This document shows, one piece after another, positions 43,308 through 50,713 of a stretch of 64,000 nucleotides of DNA. Under the pieces are notes generated by a model. It ran no database searches, was not told the origin of the DNA, and saw nothing but the letters and a program-made list of their open reading frames with translations. A program made the translations under genes and the position numbers. The stretch is from Clostridia bacterium (GTDB lineage: Bacteria > Bacillota > Clostridia > Oscillospirales > Acutalibacteraceae), in the NCBI GenBank assembly GCA_017503785.1, contig JAFVSK010000018.1:106079-170078 (forward strand), in the 5' to 3' direction. How positions within the stretch are numbered: the stretch's first letter is position 1; each line of letters begins with the position of its first letter.

Positions 43308-45044
43308 TTATTTCTTGTACTCAAACTTCTCGTCGGCCAACAGGATCTTGTCGCCATCTTTCAGTTCAACTTCCTGACCGGCGCGCGCCTTCACACCGTT
43401 AACGAAGGTGCCGTTGGCAGCCTTATTGTCAACAATGTAGGTAACACCGTCACGAACCACAAAGCGAGCATGCACACGGCTGATATTCGTATTGCCGCCC
43501 ACGCAGTAATCAACACTGCTGCGCTCTCTGCCCACCGTGAACTCGGCCGAGCAGATCGGAATACGCTCGTTGTTGCTGGAACGCACCAACGCACCGCCGT
43601 TCACGTTCTGCGACAGAACGGTGGTTTCACCGGCGCTCTGCGACAAAACGGTGGTTTCGCCGGCGCTCTGCGACAGAACGGTGGTTTCACCGGCAGAGGG
43701 GGCTGCAGGCTTCGCAGGAGCAGCCACAGGCTTCACGGCAGCCACCGGAGCGGGAGCAGCCACAGGCTTCGCGGCAACCGGAGCCACGGGAGCAACCGGA
43801 GCAGCCACCGGAGCGGGCTGAGCCTTTTTCTTGTTCATCGAAACGATCAGAATGATAACAACAACGATCACAGCAATCGCCACAACCGCGATGATACCGA
43901 TCATCACGTACTGATTCATAGCAGATTTCTGCTCTTCCTTCGCCAGCGCGTCGATAGCCTCATCCAAAGCCTCGGCAGCATTGTCGATGGTAGCCTGCGA
44001 ATCGGCAGTCAAAGCAGCCTTCGCATCCTTCAGAGCAGCCTTCATCGCCTTATAGGACTCTTCGGTGTAATCCTGAGCGGCATAGCCCTCAGCCTTGGTG
44101 ATCAGGCTCGACAGCTCGCTGGTGTTCAGCGTAGCACCGGTGGTCGTCGTAGTAGTATCGGCGGTCGTCGTTTTGATGGGACCGGGGCCAGCGAACGAAA
44201 TGTTCAGCGCAGTCAGGTAGGTAATCAGCTCTTTACTACTAATAGCCATGAAACGGCTTCCGTCTCCTGCGGCGTTCACGCCCACCACGTTACCGTCTTT
44301 GTCTACCAGCGGGCCGCCGGAGTTGCCACCGGTGATCAGCGCGCTGTTCACTACGCAGTTAACATCTTTGTATTCATGAACTTCATAGTTGTCATCGTAT
44401 GCATCAAACTCTACGTCACCGACCTTGTTCACATTACCACTACTAATGGTAATATCGTCAATGTCGTAGGTGTTTTTAGAATCAATACTTACCAAATCCG
44501 AAGGATAACCGATAGCAAACACCTCGTCGGTCTGCTTCAATTCGTCGCTGTTGCGGATGGCCAGAGGGGTGCGAGCAATCTGCTGGCTCAGTGTCAGCAC
44601 GGCCAGGTCGAGCTCGGGGTTAGCGTTGGTGAGCTTCGCCTTCACGTAAGTACCACGATACAGCATTACGCGCAGCTCCAGCATATCCTTGATCTGAGCC
44701 GCCGTACGGTTGGTGCTGTTTTCGGCGTTGGTGAGCTTTGCCCAGTTAACATACCACTCATCCGGGAAACCGTTCGCCACGTGCTGGCAGGTTACCACGG
44801 TGGTGTCGTTCACCAGGAAGCCGGTGCCATAGTGAAGCGGCACTTCGGTAGCAGTTTCAGGGTCTTTAAACCACACCTGCACCTGTACAACGCCGTTCTT
44901 GGCCTCGGTGACAGCCTGGCCCACTTCGGCAGCATTGGCGCTGAACGCCATACCGAACACCAAGCACATCATCATGCTTACTGCGAGAATCAAGCTAACG
45001 AGCTTTGTTCTCTTTGCTTCGGGATTCTTTGTTTTGAAGAACAT
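43308..45044 (-). CDS. Fusion protein: signal peptide, trypsin-like (S1/HtrA-type) protease, helical stalk, TM helix, Pro/Ala linker, 3x GETTVLSQSA repeat, FHA domain
   Basis: Protease triad context: TCQHVANG, DLAVLTL, GNSGGPLVDKDGNVVGV. TM MIGIIAVVAIAVIVVVIILIV followed by KKK. FHA domain: FTVGRE...ISRVHARF...NGTFVNG. Confidence 0.85.
   Translation of the reverse strand: MFFKTKNPEAKRTKLVSLILAVSMMMCLVFGMAFSANAAEVGQAVTEAKNGVVQVQVWFKDPETATEVPLHYGTGFLVNDTTVVTCQHVANGFPDEWYVNWAKLTNAENSTNRTAAQIKDMLELRVMLYRGTYVKAKLTNANPELDLAVLTLSQQIARTPLAIRNSDELKQTDEVFAIGYPSDLVSIDSKNTYDIDDITISSGNVNKVGDVEFDAYDDNYEVHEYKDVNCVVNSALITGGNSGGPLVDKDGNVVGVNAAGDGSRFMAISSKELITYLTALNISFAGPGPIKTTTADTTTTTTGATLNTSELSSLITKAEGYAAQDYTEESYKAMKAALKDAKAALTADSQATIDNAAEALDEAIDALAKEEQKSAMNQYVMIGIIAVVAIAVIVVVIILIVSMNKKKAQPAPVAAPVAPVAPVAAKPVAAPAPVAAVKPVAAPAKPAAPSAGETTVLSQSAGETTVLSQSAGETTVLSQNVNGGALVRSSNNERIPICSAEFTVGRERSSVDYCVGGNTNISRVHARFVVRDGVTYIVDNKAANGTFVNGVKARAGQEVELKDGDKILLADEKFEYKK
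43608..43697. repeat. 3 x 30-nt tandem repeat encoding (SA)GETTVLSQ
   Basis: CTGCGACAGAACGGTGGTTTCACCGGCGCT repeated three times with 2-3 substitutions. Confidence 0.9.
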
Positions 45045-45145
45045 TTTCTACTCCTCCACGTTGAATTTGTTTATGTAATCGGTAATAGTACCGTTCACAT
45101 CGTCGTCACAAAAAATTTCAAATTGTGATACACTGGTCTTAATCC

Positions 45146-45165
45146 TTCGTAGAACTGATACTTCT
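45146..45165. repeat. Inverted repeat, left arm (IRL)
   Basis: TTCGTAGAACTGATACTTCT, the exact reverse complement of 46585-46604. Confidence 0.95.
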
Positions 45166-45394
45166 AAAAATGAATATATATTCCAAAAAAAGGTATAATA
45201 CACCTACTATTGCGGTTATTATATCACTCGGAACAGGGTTTGTCAATTATTCCCTGCCGGTTTTTGTCGAAAATATTAAGAATTTGTAAATTTTTGCCGT
45301 GTGAGATTTTATGCAGTTAGTATTATTCGCCGTTTGTGGTCAGCGCTGTGGTCGGAGAACTTCTCAATCTATAATCAAGAAAGGATGATTACTT

Positions 45395-46513
45395 ATGTCA
45401 AGGCGCGGGGATCATATTCATAAGCGAAAGGACGGACGTTGGGAGGGCCGCTATCGTATAGGGACCAACATGGACGGAACGGCTCATTATCGCTCAGTAT
45501 ATGCGCACACCTATGCTGACTGTAAAGCCAAACTGACCGAAGCAACCGCCCGGCGACACAGCGAACCGCCTTCGTCAGCAAAGCAACTGCGTTTTCGTGA
45601 AGCCATATATCAGTGGCTTTCTGTCAAGCAAATGCAACTAAAGAGCTCCACCAAGCTAAAATATCGTGACATGATTGAAAAACATATTTTACCGGAACTG
45701 GGAGAACTTCCCTTATCCACTCTTAATGCCGTTGTAATCAGCTCTTTTTTAGAGCGAAAGCTACATTGCGGGGGTGTCAAAAGCAGTACTCCCTTAGCAT
45801 CTTCCTATGTAAGAACCATGGCGATTCTCATCACTTCAGCACTGGAGTTTGCCGCCTCTCTCGGCTGGTGCGTCCCTCTGAAAATTCCACCGTGTCTGCC
45901 AAGCGTTCCTAAGAAAGAACCAACCGTATTAACAAAAATCGAAGAAGAAACTTTGACGGACTTTTTGTTGCAAGAGCATTCTCTAACCGTATTGGGAACT
46001 CTGCTGGCTCTACAAGCAGGCCTGCGCATCGGTGAGGTCTGTGCCCTGCGTTGGTGTGATATTGACCTTGAAAAACGCTTACTACACGTTCGGCATACGC
46101 TATCCCGAACCGTATCAGAAGAAACTTCTAAAACCGTTTTCATTTTAGATCGACCGAAATCACGTTCATCCCACCGTGACGTTCCGTTAACTGCAGCCTT
46201 GCTGCAAAAGCTACATGCAGCGCGCGAAATTCGCCTTTCCGATTACGTTATTTCTGAAACCTCATCGTTTGTTGGTACACGAACATTTGAATACCGCTAT
46301 AAAGCCCTGCTCAAAAGAGCAGGTGTTCGGCCAATTAATTTCCATGCGTTGCGACACACCTACGCTACCCGCTGTGCCGAAGCCGGAATGGATGCCAAGA
46401 TGCTAAGCATGCTGTTGGGGCACGCTTCCGCGACAACAACGTTAAATGTGTATGTACATCCCTCTATGGAAAGTGCATCACAGCAGGTAGAAGCTATTTA
46501 CCGTCTTGCCTGA
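45395..46513 (+). CDS. Tyrosine site-specific recombinase (phage-integrase family)
   Basis: 372 aa. N-terminal KRKDGRWEGRYRIG arm-type motif, GLRIGEVCALRW, HALRHTYATRCAEAG and LGHASATTTLNVYVH (R..H-x-x-R..H..Y). Confidence 0.9.
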   Translation: MSRRGDHIHKRKDGRWEGRYRIGTNMDGTAHYRSVYAHTYADCKAKLTEATARRHSEPPSSAKQLRFREAIYQWLSVKQMQLKSSTKLKYRDMIEKHILPELGELPLSTLNAVVISSFLERKLHCGGVKSSTPLASSYVRTMAILITSALEFAASLGWCVPLKIPPCLPSVPKKEPTVLTKIEEETLTDFLLQEHSLTVLGTLLALQAGLRIGEVCALRWCDIDLEKRLLHVRHTLSRTVSEETSKTVFILDRPKSRSSHRDVPLTAALLQKLHAAREIRLSDYVISETSSFVGTRTFEYRYKALLKRAGVRPINFHALRHTYATRCAEAGMDAKMLSMLLGHASATTTLNVYVHPSMESASQQVEAIYRLA

Positions 46514-46530
46514 ACGGGGTCAAAATAAGG

Positions 46531-46560
46531 GTCACAAAACGGCACAGATCCTTATATAAT
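46531..46560 (+). promoter_or_regulatory. Putative outward-facing promoter just inside IRR
   Basis: GTCACA, 18 nt, TATAAT (46555-46560). It points out of the segment through IRR. Confidence 0.4.
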
Positions 46561-46584
46561 GCAAGGCTCTGCGCTGTTCTTTAC

Positions 46585-46604
46585 AGAAGTATCAGTTCTA
46601 CGAA
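46585..46604. repeat. Inverted repeat, right arm (IRR)
   Basis: AGAAGTATCAGTTCTACGAA. Confidence 0.95.
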
Positions 46605-46616
46605 AGCAAGATGCGC

Positions 46617-47123
46617 TTACACCCCAAAAAAGCAAGCACATCTCCTAAACGGCTGCTCGCGCACGATCTGTATGAGCAGCAGCGTTGCCACGGCGCTAAG
46701 CCCCCAAAAACAAACAGCAATCCCCTCCGGCCACCATTGCAATAATTGCGTCATATCGTCGCTTGGCAGCGGCACTCCTCCGGCAAAGCATACCACCGAT
46801 ACTACCGAAAGCACAAGAGCCACCAGTGCCGTTATCTTAACCAACAGCGAAAGATACCATCCCCAAAACCACCGGCAGCTCAACAGACTGAGCGCAGCCG
46901 GAAACAGCACCCCTGCCAGAGAAATCACGATCCGCCCCTCTTGCGTAACAGCGGCAAGATCACACACCACGTACGGCAGCGGCAGCACGTGCACCTCCTT
47001 CACCGTGGCGCCTGTCAACAGCGCTGCCAGCGCGTGCCCGGTCTCGTGCAGTGCCGGATACAGCACCAACGCAACAGCCATTCCCAAGGCAGTGATTCCC
47101 ACCATTTTCCCTAACAGTTTCAC
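46617..47123 (-). CDS. Membrane protein with HExxH motif (DUF3267-like putative zincin)
   Basis: LYPALHETGHALAALLTG plus about 5 TM segments. A GTG start at 47123 after AAGGGG is preferred because the longer ORF starts inside the terminator hairpin. Confidence 0.6.
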   Translation of the reverse strand: MKLLGKMVGITALGMAVALVLYPALHETGHALAALLTGATVKEVHVLPLPYVVCDLAAVTQEGRIVISLAGVLFPAALSLLSCRWFWGWYLSLLVKITALVALVLSVVSVVCFAGGVPLPSDDMTQLLQWWPEGIAVCFWGLSAVATLLLIQIVREQPFRRCACFFGV

Positions 47124-47156
47124 AAGAACACCCCTTACGAGTGTTCCCGCAACACA

Positions 47157-47194
47157 ACAAAAAAACACCGTCCATCCGGACGGTGTTTTTTATT
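47157..47194. terminator. Bidirectional terminator; right copy of the 38/39-bp direct repeat
   Basis: ACAAAAAAACACCGTCCATCCGGACGGTGTTTTTTATT. Differs from 28924-28962 by one loop base and one T. Confidence 0.8.
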
Positions 47195-47203
47195 CAGTCA
47201 CGT

Positions 47204-48088
47204 TTAATGCGCCTGTACCGATTGCGTGTACTCACGCGGGGTCATGCCAGTGGCCTGCTTGAAGTGCCGCGAAAAATAGTGCACCGAGGTGTAGCCCAGC
47301 CGATCGGCGATCTGCGTAATGTTGCCGCAGCCCTCGCGCAGCAGCTGCTTGGCGCGCTCGATCTTCAAATGGCGGTAATATTCCATAACGCCCATGCCCG
47401 TTACCGATTTGAACACGGTTTTCAGGTTGGTGGCGCTTTGTGCCGAGAACACGCAAATGGTGGAGAACGACAAATTCTCGCACAGGTGCTCCTCCATGTA
47501 GCGGATCACACGCTCGGTCATTTCGTTGTCGGCGCGCTGCTTCACGCTGGAGGCCACACGCGGGCGCTCCACCACGGGGGCGGCACTGCGCACAATGTCG
47601 ATCAGCAGCTGCTCCAGCACCAAGCCCACCATCTGCTGCGAGCCGAACGGCGCTGCTTCGTCGCAAGTCAGCTGCGGCACCATCGGGTCGCCCAGAGGGC
47701 AGGAAAACGCCTGGCGCGCCTCGTTGATGATATTGGACAACAGCTTCCGCTGCTGCTGCGTGGCGTACATGACCTTGTTCTCAAAGAACGCCATGGCAGG
47801 CGAATGCGACACAAACGACACGATCACCACATTGGGTGCCACCGTTCCGTTGGCCATGAGATTGTGATATTCGTTGGGCTTGTGGAAGATCATTTGACCC
47901 TGCAGCATTTCGTAGGTCACGTCCTCGGCGACCTCGCGCACCTGGCCCTTGTCCACGTACACCAGTTCCCAGAAATCGTGCGATTCGCCCTTAAACGCGT
48001 AATTTTTGGCGTGCTCCAGGTAGTGCACCGACACCACCGACTCCACCGTAATTTCGCGTTTGAGCACGGTAGGAATATAGTCCGTCAT
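47204..48088 (-). CDS. AraC-family transcriptional regulator (cupin + HTH)
   Basis: The C-terminal ..FSTICVFSAQSATNLKTVFKSVTGMGVMEYYRHLKIERAKQLL..ITQIADRLGYTSVHYFSRHFKQATGMTPREY is a classic AraC HTH pair. Start at MTDYIP after AAGGGGA. Confidence 0.85.
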   Translation of the reverse strand: MTDYIPTVLKREITVESVVSVHYLEHAKNYAFKGESHDFWELVYVDKGQVREVAEDVTYEMLQGQMIFHKPNEYHNLMANGTVAPNVVIVSFVSHSPAMAFFENKVMYATQQQRKLLSNIINEARQAFSCPLGDPMVPQLTCDEAAPFGSQQMVGLVLEQLLIDIVRSAAPVVERPRVASSVKQRADNEMTERVIRYMEEHLCENLSFSTICVFSAQSATNLKTVFKSVTGMGVMEYYRHLKIERAKQLLREGCGNITQIADRLGYTSVHYFSRHFKQATGMTPREYTQSVQAH

Positions 48089-48105
48089 TCCAACATCCCC
48101 TTGCT

Positions 48106-49275
48106 TTATAAGTACACGCGCGGCACTCGCTGCCCCACGCGGCATAGGATCTCGTACACAATGGTTCCCGCCGACTCCGCCAGCGCATCGGCCGGCAGGC
48201 CGTTACCGAACACAACCACCTCGTCGCCGGGCTGTACCTGCAGTCCGGTCACGTCCAGCACGCATTGGTCCATACACACGCGACCCACGATGGTGGCGCG
48301 TTCACCGTTCACCAGCATGGTTGCCGTGTTGGAGCAGGCGCGCGGCAAGCCGTCGGCATAGCCGATGGGCACCGTGGCCAATTGCGTTTCGCGGGTGGTC
48401 ACGCCCATGCCGCCGTAGCTGACAGCCGTGCCCGCAGGCACAGTTTTCACCTGCGCCACCACGGTTTTGAGCGACATGGCGGGGGTAAGCTCCTCCCACG
48501 AAAGCGACGCATCCGGCACGCCGCCGTACAGCAGCAGCCCCGGGCGCACCATATCGAGATGCATTTCGGGGAACCGCAGGGTGGCAGCGCTGTTGCAGCA
48601 ATGCCGTAGCGCCACGGTGATGCCGGCTTCGCGCAGGCGGTTGGTAACTTCCTCGAACAACGCAAACTGATGCCGCGTTTTCGCTTCGTCGGGATCGTCG
48701 GCAAAGGCAAAATGGGTAAACAGCCCCTCGGCTTGCAAATGCGGCAGCGTGCAGGCGGCGGCGATCTCGTCGATCGCGGCACCGTGCTGCTGATACACAA
48801 AGCCCAAGCGGGACATACCCGTATCAATTTTAATATGTACCGGCAACACCACACCCGCGTGGGCCGCTTCGGCCTCCAGCGCTTCGGCGTAGGCCGCGTC
48901 GGACACGGTTTGCGTAATGTGCAGCCGCGCCAGCTCCGCCGCCTCCTCGGGAGGGGTGTAGCCTAAGATCAGTATCGCTTGTGTGAGGCCTGCCTCGCGC
49001 AGCTCGGCGGCTTCGCACAGGTTGGACACCGCCAACCAATCGGCGCCCGCCTCCACCAACGCCTTGGCCGTGGGCACCGCGCCGTGACCGTAGCCATCGG
49101 CCTTGACGATCGCCATAACGCGGCAATCCTCACCCACCAAGCGGCGCACCGCGCGGTAGTTGGCCGCGATCGCCTCGGTGGACACCGCCGCCCAGGTACG
49201 CTTCAGCACCGCAACGTCGCCCCTCTCACACTTTGACATTAATTTAACAAGCATGTTCAGTATACCCCAATTCAC
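48106..49275 (-). CDS. alr: Alanine racemase
   Basis: AIVKADGYGHG (PLP lysine), VAQVKTVPAGTAVSYGG, ATVPIGYADG and VCMDQCVLDV. Start uncertain (GTG 49275, ATG 49254 or ATG 49239). Confidence 0.85.
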   Translation of the reverse strand: MNWGILNMLVKLMSKCERGDVAVLKRTWAAVSTEAIAANYRAVRRLVGEDCRVMAIVKADGYGHGAVPTAKALVEAGADWLAVSNLCEAAELREAGLTQAILILGYTPPEEAAELARLHITQTVSDAAYAEALEAEAAHAGVVLPVHIKIDTGMSRLGFVYQQHGAAIDEIAAACTLPHLQAEGLFTHFAFADDPDEAKTRHQFALFEEVTNRLREAGITVALRHCCNSAATLRFPEMHLDMVRPGLLLYGGVPDASLSWEELTPAMSLKTVVAQVKTVPAGTAVSYGGMGVTTRETQLATVPIGYADGLPRACSNTATMLVNGERATIVGRVCMDQCVLDVTGLQVQPGDEVVVFGNGLPADALAESAGTIVYEILCRVGQRVPRVYL

Positions 49276-49440
49276 CTATTTAATCAAGAAAAATGACAAG
49301 GAATGACAAAAAATACCAATCAGCCGCCCAAAAAGATAAATTTGCACATTTCGGCTCGCAAATGACAAACCGCTCGCCCATCTGTGCACAAGCAAGAGGA
49401 TTTACGCAGAACACTTACCCAGCGAAAATCCGACTGCGCT

Positions 49441-49495
49441 GTAGGGACCGACATCCTCGGCGGTCCGCCAAGGATCGTGCTAATGCGTGGGAAGC
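49441..49495. repeat. REP-like GTAGGG-hairpin element
   Basis: GTAGGGACCGACATCCTCGGCGGTCCGCC followed by AAGGATCGTGCTAATGCGTGGGAAGC. Confidence 0.8.
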
Positions 49496-50380
49496 TTATC
49501 GACACACGCCGGTGAGGTCGAACGCCGGGATCATGGCCTCGCCCGCCGCCTCGCGGCTTTGCACGTAACCGTCGGTGAGCCCCAAATCTATCATACGCTG
49601 CCACACCTTGTCACATTCCCGCGCGGTCACACGGCGAGACAGCTCAGGATGCCCCGCCACCTCGTCCATGGGCGTGTACTGAAACATGAGGCTCACGTAG
49701 CAGCCCTGCGGCAGCACCGCGGCCAGCGTTTCCAGGCAGCGGAGCGAATCGTTGGTGTGCCCCGGCAGCACCAAATGCCGCACCACCGTGCCGCGCTGAA
49801 TAAGGCCGTGCTCATCCAGCACCACGGGCCCTGTTTGCCGTGCCATCTCACGAATGGCTGCCGCCGCAACGGCGGGATAGTCCTCGGCCCCCGACAACGC
49901 CTGCCCCAGCGCCGCCGAAGCGTATTTGTAGTCGGGCAGATACACGTCCACCAAGCCCTCCAAGGCACGCAGCGTTTCCACACGCTCCCATCCGGAGGAA
50001 TTGTACACCACCGGCACGGGCGGCCGATACTGCCGCAGCGCTTCACGCACGGCGGGCACGTAGGGCGTGGGGCTTACCAGATTGATATTGTGCGCCCCTG
50101 CCTGCACCAGCTCGCGAAAAATTTCCGCCAACCGCGCGGGCGATACGGGCGCACCTGCAGCGGTGCGACTGATGGCGCGATTTTGGCAAAACGCGCACGC
50201 CAGCGTGCAGCCGCCGAAAAACACCGTGCCCGAACCGCGCTCGCCGCTGATGCACGGCTCTTCACCGAAATGCAGCGCCGCTCGCGCCACCATGGCCGTG
50301 TTCGGCAAACGGCAACGCCCCGCCCCCTCCGTTTCTGTACGGACGGCGCGGCAGCGGTGTGGACACAACGAGCACAGCAT
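49496..50380 (-). CDS. Radical SAM protein (PflX-like activase family)
   Basis: CSLCPHRC..., then GGCTLACAFCQN (CxxxCxxC cluster) and an ..INLVSPTPY.. TIM-barrel pattern. Start at MLCSLC after GGAGGAGG. Confidence 0.7.
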   Translation of the reverse strand: MLCSLCPHRCRAVRTETEGAGRCRLPNTAMVARAALHFGEEPCISGERGSGTVFFGGCTLACAFCQNRAISRTAAGAPVSPARLAEIFRELVQAGAHNINLVSPTPYVPAVREALRQYRPPVPVVYNSSGWERVETLRALEGLVDVYLPDYKYASAALGQALSGAEDYPAVAAAAIREMARQTGPVVLDEHGLIQRGTVVRHLVLPGHTNDSLRCLETLAAVLPQGCYVSLMFQYTPMDEVAGHPELSRRVTARECDKVWQRMIDLGLTDGYVQSREAAGEAMIPAFDLTGVCR

Positions 50381-50466
50381 AGCGGTCACCTCCTCCACAG
50401 TATACACCGTTTGTGCAACAAAAACAAGCATTTGTGCACCGTTTGTGCAAAAAAAAGCGCTGCGTA

Positions 50467-50667
50467 GGGAGACTTCTCTAAGGGAAGTCTCCCAGTTTTA
50501 TTCGCCAAAGGCGAGTTCTATTGCTGCGCAGTGATATTCGGCTAACGCCGAGTGGTATTCGCTTCGCGAGTTTTGGTGGCGAATAAAATAACACTGAAAC
50601 CGAAAGGTTTCAATAACACTATTGCCGTAAGGCAATAATATCACTCCGACAAAGTCGGAATATAACT
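50467..50667 (+). repeat. Multi-hairpin intergenic element, divergent copy C
   Basis: Same order of parts as copies A and B: a long first hairpin (GGGAGACTTC..GAAGTCTCCC); AGTTTTATT, AGTTCTATT, AGTGATATT and AGTGGTATT each followed by a hairpin; then AATAACACT x2, AATATCACT and AATATAACT each flanked by hairpins. Several stems have different sequence with pairing kept. Confidence 0.7.
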
Positions 50668-50713
50668 TGAAAGACTACCGGTTTTTATGTATAATAATTT
50701 TGAGGTGATAACA

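Larger units (their letters stand above)
45146..46604. other. Candidate invertible DNA segment carrying its own tyrosine recombinase
   Basis: 1,459-bp segment bounded by perfect 20-bp inverted repeats. It contains only the recombinase gene plus about 230 bp and 70 bp of A/T-rich non-coding DNA. Confidence 0.5.

Noticed and set aside
43308-45044. A type VII secretion (EssC-type FHA) or actinobacterial FhaA/FhaB cell-division cluster.
   Set aside because: There is no FtsK/SpoIIIE ATPase, WXG100, FtsW/RodA or PBP gene in the cluster. The FHA domain is fused to a protease instead.
45171-45290. A 39-aa ORF (MNIYSKKRYNTPTIAVIISLGTGF...) between IRL and the recombinase gene, considered as a possible excisionase or directionality factor.
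   Set aside because: It has no RBS, is hydrophobic and low in complexity, and does not resemble Xis/RDF proteins.
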